Shown here in pieces: positions 28,564 to 41,408 of a stretch of DNA of 64,000 bases. Where the stretch lies: the NCBI RefSeq assembly GCF_009914755.1, contig NC_060927.1, one strand, 5' to 3'. Made by a program: the position numbers and the translations under genes. Each line of letters begins with the position of its first letter. Position 1 is the stretch's first letter. The stretch is from the human T2T-CHM13v2.0 reference genome, Homo sapiens. The notes below the pieces were generated by a model, which saw nothing but the letters and a program-made list of their open reading frames with translations, made no database searches and was not told the origin of the DNA.

Positions 28564-29659
28564 TACATTTTTAAATAAATGCATCAGTTAGGCAAATTTC
28601 TACATATAAATAATATTGAAAATGTTAAAGCATTTCTGAGTTTTTCTTCAGCAAAACCCATTTTATTTTATGCATGACCCAAAGTCATCTTCTTCCTCAG
28701 TAAAGTCAGAGCTCTTGGTATCTGTCATTGCTTCCCAAATAAGTCAAGAGATTTGAGCTTCTTTCCTGGACAAGATTAGGGAAGGTTTTCTTTCTCAGGC
28801 TTTGTCTCTTTGGCATTCATGGAGGGGAGGGGGGCAGTCAGTGTGGAGCCAACTTCTCAGCCAGCCTTTTACTCTCCTCAGTTTGTTTTTGAAACGTTTT
28901 TCCCCTTTCTCCTTCCCCCATGGTGTGAGTTCGTGTGTGGCTGGTTTTCTTGGGCACAAGGCCCAGATGAGTTTCAGCTTTGTTTGTTGTTTGTACTGAC
29001 TCTGTTCTGAGATCAGCCTCTGATACCCGGTGGGCAGTGTTCCCTGGAATAGGGCACCCTGGTTGTATTCCTTTAAGCCTGGTTGGAAGACAGTGAGTGC
29101 AAGAACACCAGGGTTTTGCAAGGCTTTGTTCATAGACAAGAAAGCTGCAGTATTTTGTATAGAATAAGAAATACATATATATGTGGTTTTGGAACCTCCA
29201 TGTTCTGTTTTAAGCCAATAAAGAATTCCTAAAAGAGAACTGTCCCAGATTGTGTTAGCCTACCATGCATACAAAAACCAAGCAACTGAAGAGTTTAATT
29301 AGTTGGGATTTGTTCATACTCCTTATTAGTGAGAGAAGACATTAACAAACCTCCAAAGGGCAGAAGAAAATCTCACACAAGACAGGGACCCACTGAGTTC
29401 TTAATCAAAAATCCGAGAAGCCATATCCAAGGAGTAGAAACAAATCAGAATTGAGCCAAGTCTTATAAACTGCAACCCAACCCCAACCCAGCTCTTCATC
29501 TTACCTGCCCACTAGAGGAAAAGGGGTCCCATCTCTTTTCCTCTAGTGCTCAGATGAGAGATGTCATCTGCAGCCGCCTGTGTTCAGTTGAAGATTAACT
29601 TTGCTAATCTCAATATTCATACCACTTAATTCAGCCTGATGTCACCCATTCAGCCTGTC

Positions 29660-30070
29660 ACTGGGGCTGGGTGACCTTAGGCAAGTTGATTAACTTTGCT
29701 GATTCTTGTTTTATCTGTTTAATTAGTATGGTGGCAGAACGTACTCATTGGCTCACGTATGGAGAAAATTAAATAAAATAGGACATGAGACAGCAAAGCT
29801 TAGTAGTTAGGAAAATAGCCTCTGGAGAATGTTGGCCCTAATACTCACTGAGTAATTTTGGACAAGTCACTTAACCTATGTTTCTATTTCTTTATCTGTA
29901 AAATGAGGCTAAGAGTAGTATCTACCTCATAGGGTTGTTGTGGGAATTAAATGAGTTAAACCTTTAAAAACACTGGGTTTCTGGTAGGGAGTACATGTTC
30001 TACATGTGTTACTTAAATAAATTGTAATATTTAGCACATAATGAATACTCAAGAAGTGCTAGTTGCTATT
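29660..30070 (+). mobile_element. Two MIR SINEs, possibly nested
   Basis: Two MIR cores: gtgaccttaggcaagttgattaac, and ggacaagtcacttaacc...atctgtaaaatgagg. Confidence 0.75.
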
Positions 30071-30139
30071 GTCATCATTATTGTAGTTAGATGATGGTCA
30101 TCATGATCACCACCATAATTGTCATCACATCATCTAATT

Positions 30140-31900
30140 ATTCTCTTTCTGGACCCTGCTACATTTGACCCTATTTATCCTTCCCTTCTTCTTGAAACTC
30201 TCTATTCCCTTGGCTCCTAGAACACCATACTTACTAGTTCTCCAGGCTGTTTTCTGCTCATTTCTCACCCACCTTTTTCATGAGCATCTCTTTTCTGTAG
30301 TACCTGTAACATGCTACTGTCCCCTGAGGTTCTATTTTCAGCCTATCACTCTTCTCATTCTGGAGTGATATAATTCAGTCTATCAAATAGTCTATAGTAT
30401 CAACATTATCTCTCATCTGCTGGTAGAGGTTGCTCATTTCAGATGTCAAATCCACCTCATCAGTTCAGGCTTCCACTAATTCAGGTTACAGATGCTGCTA
30501 TTTGGCTGGCAGCTGCATGTGTCCATCTGGTCATCCCAGATCATCCCAAAGGAAAGTTATCTTTCGCCTAAATGAATTCTTGTTCCTCCATTCTGTATCT
30601 CACTCGAGGGCACCTTCATCTCCCTGGTCACCTACTCTAGAAATGCAGAGGTCATTCTGGATTCTTTCTTTACCTTCATGCCTTACATCCCAGCCATCAC
30701 TAATGCCTGCTTGTCTTATGGGGCACTATTCCCAAAATTCGGTGCTTCCTTTCTCTTCTGACTCTCACTAATTCAATCTCCACCATCTCCCATCTCAACC
30801 TCTTACATGGACTTCTTTCTCTCATTCTGCCCTCTCCAAACCCATCCTATATCCTCTAACATGCAATGATGTTTTCAAAACATAAACCTGACACTGTTAC
30901 TCTCTGGATTAAAGGCCCTCTGGGGCTTCCTTTTTTAATAGACTAAAGGCCAAAGACCAGACTCCCTACTATGGGAAGCTCTCTATGACTAAACCTCTGC
31001 CTGTCTATGCAGTCTCATTTTTAACCATTTCATTTCTCAAACTGTGTTCACTGGACCAGATCAATGGAACTTCACCAAAAGGTCTTTTTCCAAACCAGAA
31101 CCTGTGCCCAGAGTGAGTGCCCTCACTACACGTAATGACTATTCTCCCTCTAACGTTCAGCCATGATCCCTCCCAGAAGATGCGCTCCTCCCCATCACTC
31201 CTCTCCTTTTTCACCTGCAAGTTAGGCTCTATCCTGTGTCGATTTTTCGTGTCTGCTATAACAAATTCCCACAAATTTAGTGTCTGAAAACAACACAAAT
31301 TTATTACAGTTCTGCATGTCTGAAATCTAATATGGATCTCATTGGGCTAACGTCAAAGCATCAGCAGGGCTCGTTCCTTTCTGTTGACTTTGGACATGAT
31401 CCTTGTCCTTAACCTTTTCCAGGCTCTAGAGGCCATCTGCATTCCACGTTCATGGTCCCCTTCCTTCATCTTCAAGTCCAGCAATGGCTGGTTGACTCCT
31501 TCTCACACTATATCAATCTGATCTATTGTTCTGCTTTCCTCTTTCACTTTTGAAGACGCTTGTGTTTACCTTGTGCCCACCTGGGAAATCCAGGAGAATC
31601 TTCCTATCTTAAGGTCAGCCGGTTAGCAAGCTTAATTCCTATATCCTATAATGAAGCATGTTTATAGTTTTTAGGAGATAGGACTTGGACATCTTTGGAG
31701 AGGATGTCATTCTGCCTGTCACAATATCTCTCAGTGTTCCTATAACATTCTGTGCTTACCTCTATCATTCCACATTAGTAAATATTGTCATAAGCATTTG
31801 TATGTTCTCTCTCTGACTTAATTTTGACTGTCTTAAGGTCTTTCTCATTTTTGAATCCCTGCCTTAAGAGTAAATAGTAGACTTTCTATAATATAGGTAA
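30140..31900 (+). mobile_element. L2 LINE (RT region to 3' end), split by MLT1D
   Basis: Pyrimidine-rich L2 sequence beginning at the DLSAAFD-like region (ctggaccctgctacatttgacc...cttcttgaaactctc). Resumes after 31723. Confidence 0.72.
31235..31723 (-). mobile_element. MaLR solo LTR (MLT1D-like)
   Basis: tgtgtc..ctgctataacaaattcccacaaatttagt...ggacatctttgg..cattctgcctgtcaca. Confidence 0.85.
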
Positions 31901-32109
31901 TTCAAATGTCTAGTGATAACCTGGGACCCCTCTAGGGATCAGCACAGAAGGGGGATTAACCTGTGCCCAGTAATTTGAGTTATGCATGTTAATGATTCCA
32001 TTTCTATGAACGTTTGTCATCCAATGTGATGGTAGTCATGTAAGTTGCACTGGTCTGCTTGCTCTAGCCGATAATAAAATTATATATTGTAATAAAATTA
32101 CATATTGTA

Positions 32110-32300
32110 TATCACTTATCAGACCTTTTTCTTGGTACCTTCATGTGTTAATTCATTTAGTCTTTACAACAGTCTTCTGCTGTAAGAACAATTAGTATTG
32201 CCCATTTTATGAATATGGAAACTGTGGCATCGGGCATTAAATAACTTGCCTAGTGTCAGACAGCTTAGTATACAGTAACTCTGAGTTAACTAGTCTATTT
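32110..32300 (-). mobile_element. MIR SINE
   Basis: cccattttatgaatatggaaactgtggca...taacttgcctagtgtcagacagc is an antisense MIR core. Confidence 0.75.
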
Positions 32301-33759
32301 TGCCAACCCAAACAATCCCTTCTGTGACCAGTCTACTTAAATGAGAGGCCACTATAGTTAATTTGAAATGTTGTTTATTTCTCATGAAACTCAATAGTCT
32401 TTAGCCTCATGGGTTTAAGAAGAGAACTGAGTGAATTAGCTGACTCCATCTGAGATTTTTCAGCCAGCCAACCTCTAACACACACAGGCTATGGGCCTCA
32501 AGTGTAAAAAATGAGCCATGTATTGTCTTTCAAAGCCACCTTGGTCTTTGGGAAAATCCTTGGTCCTAACCATGAGTCCATGGATGATCATTTTGTCAGT
32601 TTGATGAGAGTCAGTGCTAGGGGAAGGCCAGTGTGCCAGGGAGGAAAGATGGAGGGACGAAGCACATTAAATCTGCAGTTGCTTACAGCATCTGCCTTTG
32701 ATGCTGTCTCTGGGGGACACACTGATCGCCTCCTCCCAGTCAACAAATTCTGTGTCTTCTCAGCAGTTCTGAAGGGGGAGAGCCCTTTAAGGCATTTTGT
32801 ACTGACAAGCGTATTTCTCTTAGAGCTCTAGAATGTAATAGAAGCCATCAAAGGCAAGGGATATCAGGAGGTTGTTTTGCACAATGGCAACAGAATTCAT
32901 ACGTTTTCAGATGACTCCCATGCTCATATCAGCAGTTCAATTAGTGGCAGGGTAAACTAATAATATATATTTCCCACTTGGGGCATTGTTGTTTTTTTTT
33001 TTAAAAAAAGGTTGATTCTGTTTTATCACAAACAACTTTGTTTAGAAAGCCAATGATATTTTTCACTGAATTCAAAGCTCTTGCTAAACTGTAACCTGAA
33101 TGGTTTGTAATCTAAGGAGGAGAGGAAGAAAGTGTGAACAACGTTAAATGGATACCGTCATCCCAGTATGCCTTCAAGAACCCTGGGGTGAAAAGGGAAA
33201 CTGGTTTTTCTCCACTTAATAGACATGATGGGCAAGATCTACTATTTTTTTTTATATAAGGCAAAGGCTAAGACCCAGTCTCCAGCAAAACCTTGAACAA
33301 TGCCACTTGAATTCAGTGAATTTGGTCTTTCTCTGTTTTCTGTTGTTGGATCTTCAAGTAGCCTGAGAAAGGTAAATTGAATAGCTTTCTTAAGATTAAC
33401 TTATTCTTAATTACTTCGAAGCCAAAATTGCATATTGCTTTATTTTCAGTACAATTTTATACAAATACCTTTACTTTTTAAATATCAGACACTAACATTT
33501 ATTAATTTTTATAAAGTTTAAACAATATAAAAACATATAATTATGGTAGAAATTGGCATTTTTCCTAAACTCTTACCCATAAGAATCCTACTAATAATAT
33601 GGGAATATAACTTTTCAGATGGTTTTTCCTTCTGCATGGGTGTATACACACTTTTCTCCTTCTTCAAAACTGAAATCACTGGGAACATACTTGTCTGTAA
33701 TTATATTCAGTGAAGAATTTGTACTCCTTGAAGACATATTGCCCTTTTTTTATTCTTAG

Positions 33760-34056
33760 TGCTATACACTGAATGTATACCCAGAAATTCATATGTAAAA
33801 ACATTCCCAATGTGATAGTATTTGGAGGTGAGGCCTTTGGGAGGTACTTATGTCACACAGATAAAGCTCTCAGAAATAGTATTAGCACCCTTACAAAACG
33901 GGCTCTGTGAAACAGGAAATGCGCCCTTCTCAGACACAAAATCTGCCAATGCCTTGATCTTGGACTGCCCAGAAAACTGTGAGAAATAAATTTCTGTTGT
34001 TTGTAAGTTACCCAGTTTATGGCATTTTGTTATAGCAGCCCAAATGGACTAAGAGT
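33760..34056 (+). mobile_element. MaLR solo LTR (MLT1A/MLT1A0-like), internally deleted
   Basis: tgctatacactgaatgt...gtatttggaggtgaggcctttgggaggt...gtgagaaataaatttctgttg...ggactaaga. Confidence 0.85.
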
Positions 34057-34289
34057 AATAGCTTTGTATTCTGTGGTTACAATAGAGGCCACTCAAGCTT
34101 ATATTCCGTTTTCTACTACTTGAAGGAAAAACAGAAGACCAATTGCTTAATTATTTTCATGGAATGAGTTTATAAAAGTTACAATTTTTAGGTACAAGAA
34201 TATTTGTATTTTAGATGTTGATAAATACATACATAATTGCCCTCCAAAAATATTTGTATCAATTGACATCTCAGCAAGTTTTCCCACTT

Positions 34290-35100
34290 CCTCACTGTTT
34301 CCCTTGCTACTACAAAAAAACAACCACAAATTTGGCAGCTTAAACCACATATTTTTGTTGTCGTTGTTTTGAGACAGAGTCTTGCTCTGTCACCCAGGCT
34401 GCAGTGCAGTGGTGCAACCTCAGCTCACTGCAACCTCCACCTCCCAGGCTCAAGTAATCCTCCCACTTCAGCCTCTTAAGTAGCTGAGACTACAGGCATG
34501 CACCCCCATGCCTGTCTAATTTTTGTATTTTTGTAGACACAGGGTTTCTCCTTGTTGCCCAGACTGGTCTTGAACTCCTGGGCTCAAGTGATCCACACGC
34601 CTCCGCCTCCCAAAGTGCTAGGGTTACAGCCGTGAACCACCATGGCTGGCCAACAAATTTTTAATCTTACAATTCTGAAGGTCGGAAATCCAAAATGGGC
34701 TTCACTGGCTAAAATGAAGGTGTCAGCAGGGCTGGGTTCCCTTTGAAAGCTCTAGGGGAGAATTCATTCCCTTGCTTTGCTTGGTACAAGCTCTAGAAGC
34801 CACCCACATTCATTGGCTCATGGCCCCAATTCCTTCACCTCAAAGCTGGCAACTCTCAACCTAGTCATCCTTACACTGCCATTTCTATAGTTCTCCCTTC
34901 TCATTCCTCTTCCAGCTTTAAGGACTCTTGTAATCACATTGGGTCCATCTGCATAATCCAGGATCAATTCACTCTTAAGTTCAGCTGATTATAACTGTAT
35001 CTACAACCTAATATGTTAAATATCATATAACCTAACATATTCACAGATCCTGGGTGTTAGGACATAAATATCTTTGGGGGCTAATATTCTGCCTAACACA
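34290..35100 (-). mobile_element. MaLR solo LTR (MLT1C/D-like) split by AluJ
   Basis: accacaaatttggcagcttaaac | Alu | tcttacaattctgaaggtcggaaatccaaaatggg...tattctgcctaacaca. Confidence 0.85.
34352..34651 (-). mobile_element. AluJ SINE
   Basis: Antisense Alu with J diagnostics (ctcctgggctcaagtgatcc; ggctcaagtaatcctcccac). Confidence 0.93.
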
Positions 35101-35480
35101 ATATTAGGCTTTTAGGGGCTAATATTTTGCTTAATACAACAATAGGGGTTCTAGCCCTTCGGAATCCAAAATGGAAATTTTTTCTATCACTTAAATTTAA
35201 AATTATGATTATACTATGCAGGCATCCTTTCTAATGTTTTTCTGTCCTTTTTCAATGATTGAATTATTCACACCTTTTCCCCTTATCTTTGTTGACCTCA
35301 ATTATTTATTGGAGTTTTTTATATATTAAGAATATTATATGTATGTTGCAAATATTTTTTCTTAATTTTACATATTTTAAAATTTATGGTCTCTGTACAG
35401 AAGTTTAAAATTTTTATGCCCACATTCCTTGATCCTTTTTATCAGACTTTGTTGTCGTATCTTTGAATTTAAACCATCAT

Positions 35481-35852
35481 GGCTATGGATTCAACCGTGT
35501 CCCTGCAAAATTCCTGTGTTGAAGCCCTGACACCCCTGTGACTGAATTGGAAATACGGACTTTAAGAAGGTGATTAAGGTTGAGTGAGGTCATAAGGCTG
35601 GAGACTTATCTGATAGAACTGGTGTCCTTTTAAAAGAGACAGAGACACCAGAACTTGCTTTCTCTCCCTGCCATATAAGGAAACAGTGAGCAGGCAGCCC
35701 TCTGCAAGCCAGGAGAAGAGCCTCACCAGAATCTGACCATGCTGGTCTCCGATTGCAGAATTCTAGCCTCCTGAAAAATGAGAAATACATTTCTATTGTT
35801 TAAGCCCCCAGGCTATGCTATCTTGATGTGGCAGCCCAAGCAGACTAACACA
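35481..35852 (+). mobile_element. MaLR solo LTR (MLT1A/B-like)
   Basis: gctatggattcaaccgtgtccc...gcagcccaagcagactaacaca. TSD atcat/atcac. Confidence 0.88.
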
Positions 35853-37444
35853 ATCACCAACTTGGAAATACTGAGCAACCACAAAGCTGCCTGTAGTTCA
35901 ATTTTCCCCCTTTCTAAATGCTCTGTGATTCTGACCCCTTCCCTGAAGCTCTTTAGGCATAAATATGTAAGAAAACTTCCCACAAGTGATCTGATACAAC
36001 AGAGGCCTTAGCTAGCTACAGCAGATTGTACCGAGTGTTCTACAGGGAGATATTCTGAAGACAGAAGACTAAGTGGACTTTGCTTCTGTGTTTACTAAGC
36101 ACCTTCATTTTAACCAGACTTTATTTAGAGAGTATATCATTTTGAGCAGCTAGTATACAAGGCATTGTAAGGAAATGGTGGGAACACAGCAGACAATGGA
36201 AAGCCTTTAAATGTTAAAGCAGTGAAGGCCTCTCTTAGAGGCCAAATAATGCCCCCAGCTCCACTCTGGCCTTCCGCAACCCCTGTCTTTCACCTCACAT
36301 TACCGCTGCCTATTCCTTATCCAGATGTCCTGAAGTCTCTATTTTTTAGTCTTTTCTGAGTTTAAATTGTTTTCCTAACTCTACCACTTACTTCTTTGAT
36401 CTGTCTTTATCACCTCTTGTTCAGTGTCCTCTTGTTTTTAGAGTAACTTTCTGGCTTGAGAGTGGTGTTTGGATGCTGGAATCCTACAGAACCTTCTCTT
36501 CCCCATGCTTGAGTGAGGTTATTTTTATTCTGTAGCAAATGTGCCAAATATTTTTAGTGTTTGGATATTATTCTGAAATAGTCATTTAAGTTACTCAAAT
36601 TTGGGAGCTATCTGGAAGTTCATTTTATGTGACTGGAGGGCTATAATTTATGGTTACTCCAGTATTTGGTTAAATATACAGTGAAAATCAGAACATTATA
36701 TATGATAATGTCACAGAATTAAGTACTTTTATTTTCCACTGTTTCTGGGTTGAGCTACTCAGGAATGAGCATAGAAATCTAATATGGAAAATTGGCAAAT
36801 GTGTACGCATAATGTTGAAACTATATTCTTAATTTGGATAATCTCTCTCAAGGTATTTTCAAATGCTAGGAGGAGAGTTATATATTTCTTAAGTCATCAG
36901 TGGTTATAGTGTCAAATTTCTTGGAACGTAGAATAGTAGAGATTTGTAAATAAAATTTTATAATCTTCCCAAACAAAAAAAGTGCTTGAGGTCACAGTCT
37001 AACATGAACGACATCAACCTTCCTCTTTTAATCTTTTAACAGCTCTCAGCGGTAGATTTCTCCATCTCCATTAGAGAGCATTTGGTGACTACCATTGATA
37101 CTTTTTTTCTTTTTTTAGGACCAGGTAGATCCACCATTGAAGGGCTGGTTCATTATTTGATGTAGAAGAAATGAATGTTAATGTTGGACCTATTCAGGTG
37201 TGGCTAAATGCACATCTGTAATCTATTTTGTGTTCATGGCACTTCTGATTCACAGTCCCCCAGAAAATAGAAAAAAAAAAAAGTCAAGATGCCATGTGGC
37301 CTACAAAAGTGGATCTGTGTTTTTCATATTATTTTCTCCAACTCAGATTTTAGATATGGTGTATTTCGACCCTGGTCCTCACCACAGTTTAGCATTTGAT
37401 ACATTCCATTGTTATCATGGAGAATTCAAGGAATGGAAGAATTT

Positions 37445-37892
37445 ATTAATGTTAGCCCCTCTTTTACTCTGTTCCACTCACTCTGCCTTCCTTGTTGTAC
37501 AAACATTCCTGGGAGGCTCCTGCCTCAGCACCTTTGCACTGGTTGTTCCCTTAGTCTGAGATCCACTTTTACCCATTGTTCACTTTCTCATTTCATTTTG
37601 GTTTCTCTCAAACATTGTCTCATTATAGAAACCTTGCCTGACAACTCTAACATGTCAGCCTCTCTGCGCTTCTTAGGACCTTTCTCTCCTCTTACCTGCT
37701 TTTTCTTCTTCCCCACTATGATTTGGCATCAAAATATTTGTGCATTTTGCAATTCAGTGTTTACAGCCTGTCAAACCACCCAACACCATAACCCATTAGA
37801 GCAGAGATTTATCCATTTGTATTTCCAGAAACTCAAATAGTATCTAGCACATGATATGCACTCAATAAAGATTTGAGCAATAAATGGATAAA
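37445..37892 (+). mobile_element. L2a 3' end
   Basis: cctcagcacctttgcactggttgttccc...tagcacatgatatgcactcaataaagatttgagcaataaatg. Confidence 0.8.
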
Positions 37893-38247
37893 GTATAAAT
37901 ATTCTCTTCCAATAGTATATAAAGAATGTTGAATACCAAAAGTAATTATGACCTTATCTTTTACCCTCCAATAAACTGTCAAACCAATATGGCATGGTAC
38001 AGTAGAATATAATTTTTCAAGTATGTGCCAAAATATGTCTCAACTTTGGGCTGTTAAATAATAGCAAACAAATAGTCATATTGCTGGCTCATTTTAGAAG
38101 TCCCTTGAATAGTCATAGAAATGAGTCCATGAATCTCCTTAAGTATTCTGAAATGAAAGATCATGAGCAATAACCTATTATTTATTATTCTTTAACGTAT
38201 ATGCCCCACAAAGCTTATCAGTGGATCATTCAGCACCATCCATCATT

Positions 38248-38515
38248 GAGAGGTAGGAACGTGTGACAGCTGAGAACAAAAACTCTGGAGTCCAACTACC
38301 TGGGTTCAAATCCCACTTCTTCCACTTACTAGCTGCATGACCTTGGGCAAGTTACTTTAGCTTGTTTATACTTCAATTTCTTCGGCTGTTCAATGTGGAT
38401 ACTAACAAGAAGAGCTGCTTCTTCATTGAATAGGTGTGAAGATCCAGTAAGTTAATACATGTGTACTGCTCTTCACAGTACCTAGAAAATAGCTAGTCTT
38501 CAATCATGTTAGATA
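38248..38515 (+). mobile_element. MIR SINE, near full length
   Basis: ctctggagtccaactacctgggttcaaatccca...ccacttactagctgcatgaccttgggcaagttactt. Confidence 0.88.
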
Positions 38516-38606
38516 AAATGGCAGTAGTAATTATAAATGATACAAATAGCAACAATAATAGTAAACTCACTTAACAGCTAATTTTAAGGGCTTTATGACT
38601 TTGCTG

Positions 38607-38684
38607 TTATATCCTAAAACATCTTTTTTAACAAAATGTGTATATTTATAGCCTAAAACATCTTTGTTAACAAAATTTGTATAT
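38607..38684 (+). repeat. 39-bp tandem duplication (2 copies)
   Basis: ttatatcctaaaacatcttttttaacaaaatgtgtatat vs ttatagcctaaaacatctttgttaacaaaatttgtatat, 36/39 identical. Confidence 0.92.
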
Positions 38685-38709
38685 ACTCATTTTATGCTAA
38701 AAATGTCAT

Positions 38710-39385
38710 GTTTAAGTGGCCAAAGAACTTAAATAGACATGTATCTAAAGAAGACATACAAATGGTCATTAAGCATACGAAAAGATGTTCAGCATCACTA
38801 ACAATTAGGGAAAGGCAAAATAGAACTACAGTGAGATACCACCGCGTACCATTTAGTATGGCTATTATTTGGGGGGCAAAAAGAAAATCATATTGGCAAG
38901 GATGTGGATAAATTGGAACCTTGTGTCTAGCTGGTGGGAACAGAAAATGCAGCATCTTCTATGAGAATAGTATGGCAGTTCTTCAAAATATTAAAAATAG
39001 AATCACATATCATCCATTAATTTCACTTATGGGTGTTAACTAGAGACTCAAACAGATATTTTTACACCAATGTTCATAGCAACTTAATAGCCAAAAGTTG
39101 GAGTAATCCAAATCTCCATTGGTGCATGAATAGATAAGCCAAATGCGGTCTGTATGTACAACAGAATATTATTTTGCTTTAAAAAGGAATGAAATTCAGC
39201 GACATACTACAATATGGTTGAACCTTAAGGACATTAAGTGAAATTAAGCCAGACACAAAAAGACAAATAGTATGTAATTCCACTTATATGAGGTACCTAA
39301 AGTAGTCAAATTCATAGAGATCTGTACACCTAAAAATTGTTAAAATGGTAAAAATGTTATGCATATTTTACCACAATAAAAAAGA
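38710..39385 (+). mobile_element. L1MB-type 3' fragment
   Basis: ORF 38708..38911 'KWPKNLNRHVSKEDIQMVIKHTKRCSASLTIRE' is the L1 ORF2 C-terminus. L1MB 3'UTR ends ttttaccacaataaaaa with an internal deletion near 39320. Confidence 0.88.
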
Positions 39386-39559
39386 TATATTTTTAAAACC
39401 TGTCACATTCGAAGCAAATGGAATGTGTACATGTTTGTTTAAATTCCCTGTAGACCTAAAAAAGAAGGTTTATATGCAAAACTTAATGGGGAGAGGATAA
39501 GCCGTGTTATCCCAGCCTATCACTGATAATTAATACCTGGGTAATATTATTTGTTTACA

Positions 39560-39830
39560 AAGCACACATATCACCTTATGATGTTCTCACGGTATCCCTT
39601 GAAGTAGTGCTATTTTTATCCCTCTAGTGCAGATGAGGAAAATGGATCTCAGAAAAATTAAGTGGTGTGGTGTTTAAGGTTGTAACAGGTTGGTGCAAAG
39701 GTAATTGCGGTTTTTGCCATTAAAAGCAATGGGCATTACAAGCAATGGCAAAAACCGCAAATACTTTCGCCCCAATCTAATATTACTGGTAAGTTTTGTG
39801 TCGGGGCTTAAGCCCCCAGTCTTCAGGCAT
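39560..39830 (-). mobile_element. MIR SINE interrupted by MADE1
   Basis: tttatccctctagtgcagatgaggaaaatggatctcagaaaaattaagtg continues after the MITE. Confidence 0.65.
39685..39780. mobile_element. MADE1 MITE (96 bp, with a 16-bp internal duplication)
   Basis: 37-bp TIRs at 39685-39721 and 39744-39780; TA TSD at 39683-39684 and 39781-39782. Confidence 0.93.
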
Positions 39831-40841
39831 TTATTCCTGTGTTCTCTCCTTGAAATCATACCATCCCTTGACCAGATCTTCTTTTATTCCATAAGTACAT
39901 CACTCATTCCAGCTTCTAGTGAAATAAAATGATATTCACTGGCATTAGCATTGGCAATTAGAACATAAGTCTCTTGTAACCTCTAATTTTAGCATCAAAA
40001 TGAGGTTGGTCAGAGATATTACACCAACCAATTACGATGGAATATGGCTTTAATTTTTCTCCCCTCAATTTTTATTAGTATAAATCAAGAAATACTGTCA
40101 GGTATTTAAGAATGAGATAAAATTGTAAGATGGGGTGGCTGCAGGCTTGCATTTGCACAGGCATGCTATGGTTTTTCATATAAATAATAGTGTGCTAACC
40201 AAAAATAACTAGCTCTTGAAATGCCATATAGGATAAGCATACCAATGTCTCAAGAATCGCGTCTCAAATGCAAGGCCTACACAAGAGTATTTGTTTCTTG
40301 AGCTGAAAGAAGTGACCAGAAAATTTAGTCACGTTCCTTGGCCAAAGGCATCTACATTAGGAAAATTAGGTGCTTTCTGCGTTTCTGGGAGAATGAGTTG
40401 ATATTGGCATACAACTAACTTTCTTTTGGAAGAGTTTCCATGGAAAGGTGGTCATTAGATGAAATGGTAGTTCCGTCTTTCCTGCAACATAACTCTTGGG
40501 AGCATCTGAGAGGAAGGTTAGGAGATACTTGCTATTCCCAAAACTCATTCTCATCAGAAACTTTAATATTCCAAGGTAAGAATTTTCTTATTCAGTAATC
40601 TTGTTTATAAAAGAAAACCAAATACACTAAAGCACTTTAAAAAAATCAATGCTATCTGTACCTTTATTGTCAAAAACCATTTTCTAGTAAGGCTTTTTTA
40701 AAATGTTCAATCTTGCTGAATAAGCTAAAGGCATGTATAGAGTAAGTAGGCAACAGCATAGTTTAAAATTAAAATACTTATCTTGGTCCTTTACAAATTC
40801 TTTGTCTCCTGCCTGGTTGGGAGAGTTCTGAGAACTTCCTT

Positions 40842-41048
40842 GCATTGTGTGATACAGCGGTCAGTAATCACATGTGGTTATTTAAGTTTAAAGATAAAAT
40901 AATTAAAATGAAATAAAATTTAAAATTTATTTTCTTAGTCAAGCTGGCAATATTGAGTACTCAGCAGCCATGTGCTAGTGGTAACCATATTAGAAAGTAT
41001 AGATATAAAACATTTCCATTGATTGCAGAAAATTCTATGGACAGTGTT
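40842..41048 (-). mobile_element. MER3 hAT-Charlie MITE
   Basis: cacatgtggttatttaagtttaaa...acatttccattgattgcagaaaattctatggacagtg. Confidence 0.8.
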
Positions 41049-41408
41049 ACACCTTTAAAAACTGAATATGCTTCCTTTAAAAAGTTGTTCATCTCCGGTT
41101 GTGTACTGTGCTGGCCACATGACACTGATGTGAGGGAAGCCACTTTTACACCAACAAAGCCATCGGCTGGTCAGGGCTGGTAGATATGCCATGATCTCCT
41201 TTGGACAACATTAAGGTGACTTTGCAACTCACCATTGTCTGCCTGCCAAACAAAGTCTTGTGGTCTAGATAATACTGCTAATTTGATCTCTGCCTCCTCT
41301 ATAACAGAGGCCTCTGGATGGACCCGGACATGGTAGTCATCTGAGGCAGGTGATGCCCTGCCTTTGAAAGCTGGATCCGTTCCTACATCACTCAGGTATC
41401 CCCTTAGG

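Larger units (their letters stand above)
33480..35460 (-). mobile_element. Very old L1 (L1ME-like) 3' fragments interleaved with MaLR LTRs
   Basis: AT-rich degenerate L1 3' motifs (ataattgccctccaaaaatatttgtatcaattgacatctcagcaa; tatgttgcaaatattttttc; gtacagaagtttaaaatttttatg). Confidence 0.5.

Noticed and set aside
28795-29176. Four overlapping ORFs in unique sequence
   Set aside because: No protein similarity that I recognise and no convincing exon boundaries. The region may be regulatory, but I cannot support that.
40170-40240. MEF2-like and CArG-like motifs
   Set aside because: Both deviate from consensus (ccaaaaataa; CC-W5-GG).
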